Positions 1-8,016 of a stretch of 33,926 bases of DNA are shown piece by piece. Position numbers and translations under genes: made by a program. The stretch covers positions 1 through 33,926 of IMG/VR virus record IMGVR_UViG_3300043449_000258; one strand, given 5' to 3'. Source of the DNA: a virus. Taxonomy: Duplodnaviria > Caudoviricetes. Under the pieces are notes generated by a model. That model did not search any database, was not told the origin of the DNA, and saw only the letters and a list, made by a program, of their open reading frames with translations. The first letter of the stretch is position 1. The number at the start of each line of letters is the position of its first letter.

Positions 1-895
1 TAGACAAGTCGCCAATAGGGACAGACTTCTCAATCACCGTCCGAGCAAATGATCTGACACCAGAATTGGATAAAAACAAAACATCCTTGCCTGTGCCTTG
101 AATAGAGTCTCTGGCAATACAACCAATACCCGCTACAGTGTCAGCCAGCGTTATTGTTGACGGTGTAGTAGCACCAGAATAAACGAGTATTTGCCGCTGG
201 CCGAAGATAATCAGGAAGTTGTTGTGTGCCGCCAATCCTGTGATGTTATCTGCACCGTTTGGCCATACCTGGTTTACGTTCAGCGATCCAGATGTGCCGC
301 CCGTCCATACATGACCAGACAGCAGATCAGAGAAAAATACAGTCGTATTGTCTGTAGAAGTATCTGCCACCCATAAACGACCATAAGCACTTATTGCTAT
401 ATTCCCGCTAGGCACAGTTCCAGCATAACCCGTCTTTTCGCTAACCCTGCGGAATGTCGTAGTGCTGACAGCAGGATCAAAGATCAGCGGGTCAAAGCCT
501 GTTTGGAAGAAGTAAGTAATTCCGTTTAACGATGCACAAGCCCAATTGTTTGCCGTGATAGTCGGTGCAGTTCCACCACCGCCATAGGTCAATTCAACCA
601 CTGCGTTTGAACTATCCAGCTTGAATAGTTTGTTATTCCCGGAAAACAGGATTGTCAGTGTGCCATCTGTTTGCACCAGTTCATGGATCACGCCGGGGTT
701 ATTAGCCCCAAGATTACCGGAAGATGCATTGACTCTCGACCAGCCCTTGCGTGAGCCGATGCGCCCAAACTGGTCAATGACGCAATTCGTTGTAATCAGA
801 GCAAAGCCTGCCGCCAAATCCGTAGGCGAGTCTTGCGTATTCAGCCCTAGAAAGCCTGGTGCTGAAATACTGGCAGTTTGGAGGGCTTGGCTCAT
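1..895 (-). CDS. Tail nozzle / DNA stabilization protein (tail tubular B / P22 gp10-like), N-terminal 298 aa; continues at 33260-33926
   Basis: Not in the ORF track because it runs off the end. ATG at 895 overlaps the upstream TGA (ATGA). Translates MSQALQTASISAPGFLGLNTQDSP...YGRLWVAD...GIGCIARDSIQGTGKDVLFLSNSGVRS...IGDLS, beta-rich, and follows the adaptor gene. Confidence 0.8.
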   Translation of the reverse strand, partial: MSQALQTASISAPGFLGLNTQDSPTDLAAGFALITTNCVIDQFGRIGSRKGWSRVNASSGNLGANNPGVIHELVQTDGTLTILFSGNNKLFKLDSSNAVVELTYGGGGTAPTITANNWACASLNGITYFFQTGFDPLIFDPAVSTTTFRRVSEKTGYAGTVPSGNIAISAYGRLWVADTSTDNTTVFFSDLLSGHVWTGGTSGSLNVNQVWPNGADNITGLAAHNNFLIIFGQRQILVYSGATTPSTITLADTVAGIGCIARDSIQGTGKDVLFLSNSGVRSFARTVIEKSVPIGDLS

Positions 896-1539
896 ATCGC
901 TAAAAACTCTTGGTTCTCTGGATAACGAGTGCCTTCTAGTGCGATCTGGTCAGCCAACATGCCTCTGTAAAGCTGATACGCCTCGGATGAACTCAGACCG
1001 CCATCTTCACCACGCTCCACCAGCGCCCGCGCATAAGCGTTTTGGACAACTAGAAAGTCAGGGACAAGCACCGATGTGCCATCTGCTGACAATGTAGCTT
1101 GCGGCACAGTTAAAGAAAACGGTACGCTATAAACGCCATCAGGACGAGGAAAAAGCACTACCTTAGTGTCGCCGCTTCCATCTACGCCATCGAATGAATA
1201 ATACTGCGGGAGTCCGTCTGTAGTAGGAATAAGATTTTGATAGCGATTCATCTCGACAAAACTGATGTTTTGCATACCGATGTTTGAAGTCGTGTTGATT
1301 GCATCTAGCACTTGGAACTTTTGTCCAGCGCCCGTCATGGAATAGATGTAGGTCGCTGCTACCGTGGTAATCGTCACAGTCTTACCTAAGACGTTCCAGC
1401 TAAAAGAATCCTCAATCTGCCGCTTTGCATCGTTCACAAACAGGCCGATCAACGTCGAATAATCCGTTTCGTTGTTAGTCGATACTTGCGTTTCACGCAG
1501 TCGAATCAGCACATTGTTTATTAGCTGTAGATAAGTCAT
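892..1539 (-). CDS. Head-tail adaptor (tail tubular A-like)
   Basis: 215 aa. The N-terminus MTYLQLINNVLIRLRE...FVNDAKRQIED...W is typical of podoviral adaptors, and the gene lies directly before the nozzle gene. Confidence 0.75.
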   Translation of the reverse strand: MTYLQLINNVLIRLRETQVSTNNETDYSTLIGLFVNDAKRQIEDSFSWNVLGKTVTITTVAATYIYSMTGAGQKFQVLDAINTTSNIGMQNISFVEMNRYQNLIPTTDGLPQYYSFDGVDGSGDTKVVLFPRPDGVYSVPFSLTVPQATLSADGTSVLVPDFLVVQNAYARALVERGEDGGLSSSEAYQLYRGMLADQIALEGTRYPENQEFLAI

Positions 1540-1826
1540 TTTTTGTTCCTTGCGCTAATTGCCTTGGCCTTGGCTTTGGCATCTGCTTTGCTACTAGCCC
1601 CCCACGCATTCAAACTCAACAGCAACCTGGTGGGTTCACCGTCTTTGTATTCAGGGCCGGGATTGCCCGCCATTCGCGCTAGGAACGATGCCCTGCGCGG
1701 GTTGTCTCCAGACTTCACCGGCGCTTTGATGTCTTGGCCAGCGGCCTTCAGGCTGGCTCTCCCGGCAGCATTCAGCCCACCTTTGGGATTCTGTCCTTCC
1801 TTGCGCTGCCATGCCGGGGTTTTCAT
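1536..1826 (-). CDS. Small basic conserved phage protein (DUF6321-like)
   Basis: 96 aa with PAWQRKEGQNPKGGLNAAGRAS...RRASFLARM motif; ATGA-coupled on both sides. Confidence 0.7.
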   Translation of the reverse strand: MKTPAWQRKEGQNPKGGLNAAGRASLKAAGQDIKAPVKSGDNPRRASFLARMAGNPGPEYKDGEPTRLLLSLNAWGASSKADAKAKAKAISARNKK

Positions 1827-2056
1827 CTGTAAGCCTTTACCTTTGCTGCTATCTTTTTGGGCTGTTTGGAAAACTGCTTTCCCGCCTTTGTAGCCTCTCT
1901 TTTAGCTTTTGTGGTCGCCGCATACTCAGCCGAAGTCAGGGATTTTATAGCCTTGTCAGGTAGGTAGCGTTCGCCAGTCTCGGACGAAGGCTTACCAGAC
2001 TTAGTACGCCAGTCAGCTTTTGCCCAATCCTTCAGGCTTTTCTGCGGGTCTTTCAT
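1823..2056 (-). CDS. Small Lys-rich phage protein (DUF5872-like)
   Basis: 77 aa, QKSLKDWAKADWRTKSGKPSSETGERYLP; ATGA-coupled. Confidence 0.7.
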   Translation of the reverse strand: MKDPQKSLKDWAKADWRTKSGKPSSETGERYLPDKAIKSLTSAEYAATTKAKREATKAGKQFSKQPKKIAAKVKAYR

Positions 2057-2196
2057 TTTTTCTTAGGTAAAGTATGCGTAAGGTTCTTGCTCTGCGCTGT
2101 GTGTTTAGCGCCCGTCATCAAAGTAGCCCCAACTTTGTGCGTCGCGCCAGTATACGGTTTTCCGTTTGGCAGATAGTGAGTTTTAGTTTTGCTCAT
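2053..2196 (-). CDS. Small basic hypothetical protein, 47 aa
   Basis: Read manually: MSKTKTHYLPNGKPYTGATHKVGATLMTGAKHTAQSKNLTHTLPKKK. ATGA overlaps at both ends, GGAGG upstream. Confidence 0.75.
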   Translation of the reverse strand: MSKTKTHYLPNGKPYTGATHKVGATLMTGAKHTAQSKNLTHTLPKKK

Positions 2197-2372
2197 GTCT
2201 TGTAACCTCCACCTTTAGCTTTGTATTGTACAGCCAGCAACTGTGCTTTTCTGGCTGACCATTCACCAGGATCACCGCCTTTTGTGCCAGCTTTGATGCT
2301 CTCAAACAAAGCCTTCCGCATAGTCGGCTTGGTATAGTTCCCGGCTTCGTTGACTTTGCTTTTAGCTTTCAT
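2193..2372 (-). CDS. Small basic hypothetical protein, 59 aa (DUF5872-related)
   Basis: Read manually: MKAKSKVNEAGNYTKPTMRKALFESIKAGTKGGDPGEWSARKAQLLAVQYKAKGGGYKT; ATGA-coupled. Confidence 0.75.
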   Translation of the reverse strand: MKAKSKVNEAGNYTKPTMRKALFESIKAGTKGGDPGEWSARKAQLLAVQYKAKGGGYKT

Positions 2373-2509
2373 TTTTTCTTTCTAGATTCTGACAAAGCAA
2401 TTGCAATAGCTTGCTTTGGGTCTTTGACAACCTTTTTATTAGTGGTCAATTTACCAGCGCCAAACTCTTTCATCACCTTGCTAATCTTCTTTTGTGCTGG
2501 AGTTTTCAT
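2369..2509 (-). CDS. Small basic protein, 46 aa (DUF6496-like)
   Basis: Read manually: MKTPAQKKISKVMKEFGAGKLTTNKKVVKDPKQAIAIALSESRKKK, with the KQAIAIALSE motif. Confidence 0.75.
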   Translation of the reverse strand: MKTPAQKKISKVMKEFGAGKLTTNKKVVKDPKQAIAIALSESRKKK

Positions 2510-2547
2510 ATCAGCTCAGTATTAGGATCAAGCTGGAAGGTTGACAT
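2506..2547 (-). pseudogene. 13-codon mini-ORF MSTFQLDPNTELI, probable internally deleted gene remnant
   Basis: Starts in a TAATG overlap with the upstream stop and ends in an ATGA overlap with the downstream start, exactly filling the gap. Confidence 0.45.
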
Positions 2548-2690
2548 TACTTTCCTCGCTTGGCTTTGGTTTCCATTTTGTTAGCGGTGCTTTTGCCATT
2601 CTTAGGCATAGCTTTTGGCTTGCCGACAGCAATCATAATGGCTACAGGCATGGCTTTTTTCTGAGACATTTTCGGTGCTTTACCGTACAT
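2547..2690 (-). CDS. Small Lys/Met-rich hypothetical protein, 47 aa
   Basis: Read manually: MYGKAPKMSQKKAMPVAIMIAVGKPKAMPKNGKSTANKMETKAKRGK; AGGAG SD upstream. Confidence 0.7.
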   Translation of the reverse strand: MYGKAPKMSQKKAMPVAIMIAVGKPKAMPKNGKSTANKMETKAKRGK

Positions 2691-2701
2691 TTTATTAACT
2701 C

Positions 2702-2899
2702 CTAAATTGTAAACTTGCGAGGCCGCCCTCTCTTTTTAGAAGGTGCAATCATGGGCAGAGGTTTTATTTCTGGAGACTCTGGCTTCTCATCAACTACATC
2801 AACTCTTACGTATCCTGCATGACCACGCATCGAATCAATGTCATACGGCTGCGTAAAAGTTACGGTATTACCAGACTGCAAACAACGAAAGATTGCCAT
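2702..2899 (-). CDS. Hypothetical protein with C-terminal KKRGRPRK (AT-hook-like) motif
   Basis: 65 aa; GAGGT SD; follows a terminator-like hairpin. Confidence 0.7.
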   Translation of the reverse strand: MAIFRCLQSGNTVTFTQPYDIDSMRGHAGYVRVDVVDEKPESPEIKPLPMIAPSKKRGRPRKFTI

Positions 2900-2912
2900 T
2901 TTTTTACCTCAC

Positions 2913-2934
2913 AAAAGGAGGGCCGAAGCCCCCC
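2913..2934 (-). terminator. Rho-independent terminator-like hairpin with C(UUCG)G tetraloop
   Basis: Minus strand GGGGGGC-TTCG-GCCCTCC-TTTT, directly after the stop of 2941-3264. Confidence 0.7.
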
Positions 2935-2940
2935 GATTGT

Positions 2941-3264
2941 TTATACAAGACGAACAACAACACATTTAACGGTAGTGCTTGCCAAGTCCAACGTGCCGCC
3001 AGATTCGTTTTGGAAACGAATTGACACCACATCTGCGGCGCTGACATACGGAGTTATGCTAATACCAGAGACATCAACACCCATACTGATATTCATCACA
3101 ATGTCACCGAGGGCAACACCAGGAACAGCAATAGTGTTTGTTTCCCCGGCTCCATCAGCCAAAGACGATGCGTTAAGCGTTGCCTTAACCGACCAGGTAT
3201 CGGAAAACAGACCCCGAAATTGATCATTGCCACGCCGCGCAGTAATTGCAGTTGCTGCAGCCAT
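2941..3264 (-). CDS. Putative capsid decoration/cement protein
   Basis: 107 aa, beta-rich, immediately downstream of the major capsid gene; AAGGAG SD. Confidence 0.55.
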   Translation of the reverse strand: MAAATAITARRGNDQFRGLFSDTWSVKATLNASSLADGAGETNTIAVPGVALGDIVMNISMGVDVSGISITPYVSAADVVSIRFQNESGGTLDLASTTVKCVVVRLV

Positions 3265-3277
3265 AATTTAACTCCTT

Positions 3278-3304
3278 GAAAGAATACCCCCCATTTCTGG
3301 GGGG
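3278..3304 (-). terminator. Terminator/attenuator-like hairpin after the major capsid gene
   Basis: Minus strand CCCCCC-AGAAAT-GGGGGG-TATTCTTT. Confidence 0.6.
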
Positions 3305-3311
3305 AGTTGGT

Positions 3312-4253
3312 TTAGGCCGGAACAACCAGAGCAAACAGCGAAGCAGACTTAGCCGCGCCGACAGTCCCTGCAACACGCAAACCTGCAACACCATACAGCG
3401 TGTCGGAGGTAAACAGCGTCGAAAGGTAGTCTTGCTTGTACTGGATTTGCGAACGGATACCGATTTGCTCGACTAGCACCATTGAATCACGGTGCCCCAT
3501 CAAGCACACCCGCGCAGCAGCAGAACCAGAGGTTGTGTCTGCGTTGCTGGTGGTAAAGACCGGGATGCCATACAGGTTGCCGATTTCGCCATTGCGGATC
3601 GCATTGCCATTCCCAACAAACGCTTGCTCAGTGTAACGGGCAAGACCCATCAGCGTGTTACGGCTGGAAGGAGGAATAACAAAGAAACGCTGATCCATCG
3701 AAGTGTCGTTATCGTCCAGACGCTGAATGGTGCGACGAATGGCCGCATCAGTCAGTGCGCTTTCGTTGTTGCTCGCGGCAACGTAAGCAGTCGTGCCATC
3801 GCCGCCGATGAAAGCACCAGTGGCATAAGCATTGGTGCCAGCGCCACCGTTGGACGAACGACCCACGTTAATGAGGTCGGTATCTACAGCGCGGCTCAAA
3901 GCATAACCAGCGTCAGCAGTGTAGAACTGGCGCATCGAGGCCAGAGCTTGTGCTTCCGTGATGTCCTCGATGAAACGGCTGTATTCAAAGTGCCGATTGA
4001 TAGAAACTTGCACTTCGGACTCGGTATCGGCAATCAGCGTGACTGCGGTAGACGATGCCTTGAGCGAAGCAGAACCACGGGTCGGTGCGGGGATGTGAAT
4101 CACATCGCCTTTTTTGCCCTTGAAATTCATCTTCATAACAAGGTTCGCCATCACAAGATTTTTCTTGTAGGCGGCGATGATCTCGTCAGACCAAATCTCA
4201 GGGATAAAGGTTGCTGCGGTGGTATTAGTTACTTGCGGGGTAGGATATGCCAT
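3312..4253 (-). CDS. Major capsid protein (HK97 fold, P22-coat-like)
   Basis: 313 aa with FIPEIWSDEI, GKKGDVIHIP, GEIGNLYGIPV and DTLYGV motifs; follows the scaffold gene; GGAG SD. Confidence 0.9.
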   Translation of the reverse strand: MAYPTPQVTNTTAATFIPEIWSDEIIAAYKKNLVMANLVMKMNFKGKKGDVIHIPAPTRGSASLKASSTAVTLIADTESEVQVSINRHFEYSRFIEDITEAQALASMRQFYTADAGYALSRAVDTDLINVGRSSNGGAGTNAYATGAFIGGDGTTAYVAASNNESALTDAAIRRTIQRLDDNDTSMDQRFFVIPPSSRNTLMGLARYTEQAFVGNGNAIRNGEIGNLYGIPVFTTSNADTTSGSAAARVCLMGHRDSMVLVEQIGIRSQIQYKQDYLSTLFTSDTLYGVAGLRVAGTVGAAKSASLFALVVPA

Positions 4254-4277
4254 TTGTAATTCTCCAAAAAGGGTAAG

Positions 4278-5024
4278 TTATCGAACCCTTCCTTCTGCGT
4301 ACGCTGAGAGGATTTCATCGTTCAGCGAATCGTATCGGGAAGGATCATTCATCTTGAGCCGTATCAGGTCTGCCCTGCGGTAAACTCGTTTGGTACTTTC
4401 GCCACTTCCACCTATATCTACTTGTGCGGCTTTCATGCTCTTTGCCCTGGTAGCGTCAGACGCTTTTTCGGACTGTTGAGCTTTTACACCACGCAATTCC
4501 TTGTAGGTGGACAGCAATTCATTTGCCGAATCGTAATCAAAGTCGCCATCAGCTTTTGCATAAAGTCCCAGTCGAATGGGCGAAAGTTTCACCCAGTCTT
4601 GGAACCCTGTTTCATTCACGATCTGACTGAAATCAGGATGCTCTTTTGACAGCTTCTGTTGAATCTGCATCTTTTTAAAATCTTGCCCAGCTTGCCGAGC
4701 AGCAAGAACGTCTGGATGCTTGTCTATCGTTGCCTGAACTGCCTTTTGCGGATTCTCAAAAAAGTCTACTTCCGGCTCTGCTTCTGTAGGTTGTTGCTTT
4801 GAACTAAGGTTTTGCTTGAGCAACTCGTCAGCTAATTTGCGGACTTCATCAAATTCCTGGCCTTGCTTGCCAATATGCTTCTCAGCTTCTTGGTGCATCC
4901 GCACGATTTCTTCTAAACTTTTATCCTGATATTTCGCAGGAAGTTCAGGTTTTGCGGAAAGCTCAGATTTTTGCTCTTCTACTTCGAGTTCGCCTAGCGC
5001 CTCTTGTTCTTTGTCAATCAACAT
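4278..5024 (-). CDS. Capsid scaffolding protein
   Basis: 248 aa, acidic and helical; LPAKYQDKSLEEIVRMHQEAEK and C-terminal AYAEGRVR; directly upstream of the major capsid gene. Confidence 0.8.
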   Translation of the reverse strand: MLIDKEQEALGELEVEEQKSELSAKPELPAKYQDKSLEEIVRMHQEAEKHIGKQGQEFDEVRKLADELLKQNLSSKQQPTEAEPEVDFFENPQKAVQATIDKHPDVLAARQAGQDFKKMQIQQKLSKEHPDFSQIVNETGFQDWVKLSPIRLGLYAKADGDFDYDSANELLSTYKELRGVKAQQSEKASDATRAKSMKAAQVDIGGSGESTKRVYRRADLIRLKMNDPSRYDSLNDEILSAYAEGRVR

Positions 5025-5115
5025 ACGGTTTTACCTTTCTAGTAGGAGAATAACTCGGCAAAGTTGCTTATGAGTTAGATTCTTTATCCCAACTTGGGGT
5101 TTAAATAATCAACGC

Positions 5116-5343
5116 TTACGCGCTGGCCTTGCGTTCTGCTTTCAGCTTTTCACGATGTATCCGGTCAAATCTGCCGTGGGCAGAGGGAAAATGACCAGAC
5201 CACCCTTCCAAGCTAATTGCTGCTGCACTAATGATGCGCCGAGATTGCCCGCCGCACCAACACGGTAAATCTTTGACTTCGTAAGCCTCCAGACTTTCCG
5301 TTAAATGCCCACTTTCGCAGACAAATTCATACATTCGTCGCAT
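5116..5343 (-). CDS. FmdB-like zinc-ribbon protein
   Basis: MYEFVCESGH...CWCGG...RIIS pattern. Confidence 0.65.
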   Translation of the reverse strand: MRRMYEFVCESGHLTESLEAYEVKDLPCWCGGQSRRIISAAAISLEGWSGHFPSAHGRFDRIHREKLKAERKASA

Positions 5344-5566
5344 TTAATTCCTCGTATGCCTGCTCGCTGACACCTCTAAGGTTTTTCAGCCAAACCAAGA
5401 TAGACATCTCGCCTCGTCTAAAATGCAAAGTCTTATCGTCTGTAATGGAACTAATGTTATTGAGAGAATCTATCATACTTTCAATGTCGATAGTCAAATC
5501 CTTCCAGCCAGTGCTGCCCATCATGGCAAAGCGTTCTTCGTAGTATTTTTGGAGTTCTTTTTCCAT
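5327..5566 (-). CDS. Conserved small head-module protein
   Basis: 79 aa, YYEERFAMMGSTGWKDL...LHFRRGEMSIL; the type usually found between portal and scaffold. Confidence 0.65.
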   Translation of the reverse strand: MEKELQKYYEERFAMMGSTGWKDLTIDIESMIDSLNNISSITDDKTLHFRRGEMSILVWLKNLRGVSEQAYEELNATNV

Positions 5567-5838
5567 TACAAGTTTAATGCCTTTTTAAGTGCTGCAAGGT
5601 CAGCAGGACTTGCTAGTATTTGCTCTGCAAGCGTTGGCATCTTAGGCATGACCATAGGTTCTACCGGAGGCGTAGTGTCTACAAACTCACCGTTCTCGTA
5701 CAACCAGCCCGGACTTGCTCTGTCGGCTTGCACAGCAATATATCCATCGTCAAAGCCCGGTGGCGGTGTAGTGGGTTGAGCGTCGTATTCAATGATGTTC
5801 TCAACCAAGTTGCCTTTGATGATTGCGTAGGTTTGCAT
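5566..5838 (-). CDS. Putative fibre assembly chaperone
   Basis: 90 aa, YAIIKGNLVENII...PGWLYENGEF motif; TAATG-coupled to the upstream fibre gene. Confidence 0.55.
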   Translation of the reverse strand: MQTYAIIKGNLVENIIEYDAQPTTPPPGFDDGYIAVQADRASPGWLYENGEFVDTTPPVEPMVMPKMPTLAEQILASPADLAALKKALNL

Positions 5839-6986
5839 TAGTAGGACTCCATAACGATGATTAAGCCAGAACCGCCCGCTGATGGAGTGCCAGTTAGTGC
5901 ATTAGTACCGGCTGCGCCTCCCGCGCCAACTGCGTAAGAATAAGTTGCTGAAGGAGATGAAATTAGTTTTTCAACATACCCACCGGCACCGGCACCACCG
6001 CCAAAAACAGCCACGCCAGATGCGCCGCCAGACCCGCCGCCGCCGCCATAACTTGGAGTTGAAGCGGGCTGTCCATCACCACCACCACCAGCACCAGCAC
6101 CAAATGCACTATTTCCTCCGTTGTTGCCTGCCCGACCAGTACCAGCACATGCGCCTGCCGCACCGCCACCCGTTACGTTTACGTCGCCACCTGAAGCCCC
6201 GCCTCCAATACCTGCGGTAGCGTTGGCTAACCCCGCACCACCACCACTTGCGGTTAAGGAGCCAAACGTAGTATTGCCACCAGCCGCGCCTTGCTGCCCT
6301 GCGTTGTAGTTAGCATTACCTCCACAACCACCACCGCCTCCACCAACACAACGAATAAAAATAGCCTTGCATCCTGTCGGAGTCGTATACGTTCCAGACC
6401 CAGAGGCAAAGACCTGAACTGTTCTAGTGGCTAGTCCTACTGTCCCGGTTAGGGTTGGCAGCGTGAGAGTGCCTGTGTTTGTAATTGCAGATATAACTGG
6501 AGATGCAGTAAATGTAGCTACGCCAGTAACGCCAAGCGTCCCATTTACATTCAGCTTATAACTTGGCGAACTCGTCCCAATCCCCACGTTGCCGCTGGAG
6601 TCGATACGCATACGTTCTGATGCATTTGTATAAAAAGTCTGAACAGTTGCTGCGGGGACTGCTGAGTGTCTAAATTCAGATGCGGATGTTGTTATTGTTG
6701 CGTAGTTCGTGGTTCCATCATTTGCATAAAAATACATAGCCCCCAAGCTGTCTGATGAGCGCCCGTTAATCACAACCCCTAAACTATTTGAAGCCGCAGT
6801 TACTTTCAGCGTTGTGGCTAAAGTAGTTGCTCCGCTTGCACTCAGCGTCCCTGAAACCGCTGCGCCCGCAGTCGTCAGAGCCACTACCGTAGTGGTTCCC
6901 GCGAGCAGGTTCAGATTACCCGATGCGTCTGCGGTAGTGACAACGCCGCCACCACTGGTTGTAACTGCTGCTATTGTTGAGGCCAT
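5838..6986 (-). CDS. Fibre / receptor-binding protein with glycine-rich C-terminal domain
   Basis: 382 aa with ERMRIDSSGNVGIGTSSP fibre repeat and Gly-rich domain (SGSGTYTTPTG...VGGGGGG...GGSGLIIVME). Confidence 0.75.
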   Translation of the reverse strand: MASTIAAVTTSGGGVVTTADASGNLNLLAGTTTVVALTTAGAAVSGTLSASGATTLATTLKVTAASNSLGVVINGRSSDSLGAMYFYANDGTTNYATITTSASEFRHSAVPAATVQTFYTNASERMRIDSSGNVGIGTSSPSYKLNVNGTLGVTGVATFTASPVISAITNTGTLTLPTLTGTVGLATRTVQVFASGSGTYTTPTGCKAIFIRCVGGGGGGCGGNANYNAGQQGAAGGNTTFGSLTASGGGAGLANATAGIGGGASGGDVNVTGGGAAGACAGTGRAGNNGGNSAFGAGAGGGGDGQPASTPSYGGGGGSGGASGVAVFGGGAGAGGYVEKLISSPSATYSYAVGAGGAAGTNALTGTPSAGGSGLIIVMESY

Positions 6987-6987
6987 G

Positions 6988-7419
6988 TTAGATTCCTAGT
7001 GCTTTAAGTTCGTCAAGAGAGGCCAGCGCATCTACTTGTTTTGTAATATCCCGAAGGCGCTGCTTTTCCTTAATAATTTCCGCTGTATTTGCACCAGTTT
7101 CAAGGGCGCGTTGGAACGCTACATCTTGCGCTTCAAGCAGTGGCTTGCGTTCGTTACGCAAACGGTCTTTAGTTATGTCTTTGGCTTTACCCATATCAAC
7201 CTTGATTCCGCCCTCGTCTTTCCACGCGTTGCGGAAGGTGCGGTCTGTTGGGATTGCATCGGCTTCGACAAACTGCGGATTGATAGCGTCCTCTGGCAAC
7301 TTATCCCATGCCCGTTGCTCAATATCCGCATCCGTCGTAAGCGTTTCGCCCAGAGTATTCCTAACTGGATGCACTACGGAAATACCACCGTCAGGGCGAG
7401 TGAAAATTATTTTCCTCAT
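6988..7419 (-). CDS. Fibre assembly chaperone-like protein
   Basis: 143 aa, IPTDRTFRNAW...RKPLLEAQDVAFQRALE...KQRLRDIT; coupled to the upstream fibre gene. Confidence 0.65.
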   Translation of the reverse strand: MRKIIFTRPDGGISVVHPVRNTLGETLTTDADIEQRAWDKLPEDAINPQFVEADAIPTDRTFRNAWKDEGGIKVDMGKAKDITKDRLRNERKPLLEAQDVAFQRALETGANTAEIIKEKQRLRDITKQVDALASLDELKALGI

Positions 7420-8006
7420 TATTGATCCCCAAAGAAAATAGCGTAAAAAATATCGGGGTCTGTAAGAGAACGGCTACCAGCAACAAATCCAAGACCACAA
7501 GACCCAACAGCAGCCGCACCAGCAGCAGGGTACTGTTGCCCCCATATATCTGTATTGCTTGACGCTGTAACCGACATTGCATATGTAACAGCAGAAAACG
7601 GCACTGTGAAAGTAACAACCGTAGTCCCAACACTAGCGTCAGTAATTGAGGTTACGTTATACGAAGTACCTGTTGCCCCCGCCATATTCCCACGAACCCA
7701 CGCCTTCGCCGCGCTCGGATGGAATTGCTGGCGACCGGGAGTTACCGCAACCGTCAACGCCGAACCTGCCTCCTGTTGCGCTTGTGATGCAGCAAGGTTG
7801 GTAATGTCACCAGATGCAGGTGTGCCAAGAGCAGGCGCGGTTAATGTCGGGCTGGTCAAAGTCTTGTTCGTCAGCGTGTCTGTCGTAGCCTTGCCTACAA
7901 GCGTATCCGTAGCAACAGGTAACGTAAGAACGCTAGACCCAGAAGCAGCAGGAGCCTGTAGGGTTATAGTGCCGCTGGTGTCGCCAGCAATAATGACTGA
8001 ACTCAT
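7419..8006 (-). CDS. Short fibre/adapter protein, 195 aa
   Basis: Start moved to ATG 8006 (AAAGGA SD). Contains GDTSGTITLQAPAASGSSVLTLP, TDTLTNKTLTSPTL and an AAKAWV...YNVTSITD tip domain. Confidence 0.7.
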   Translation of the reverse strand: MSSVIIAGDTSGTITLQAPAASGSSVLTLPVATDTLVGKATTDTLTNKTLTSPTLTAPALGTPASGDITNLAASQAQQEAGSALTVAVTPGRQQFHPSAAKAWVRGNMAGATGTSYNVTSITDASVGTTVVTFTVPFSAVTYAMSVTASSNTDIWGQQYPAAGAAAVGSCGLGFVAGSRSLTDPDIFYAIFFGDQ

Positions 8007-8016
8007 GTTATTTCCT

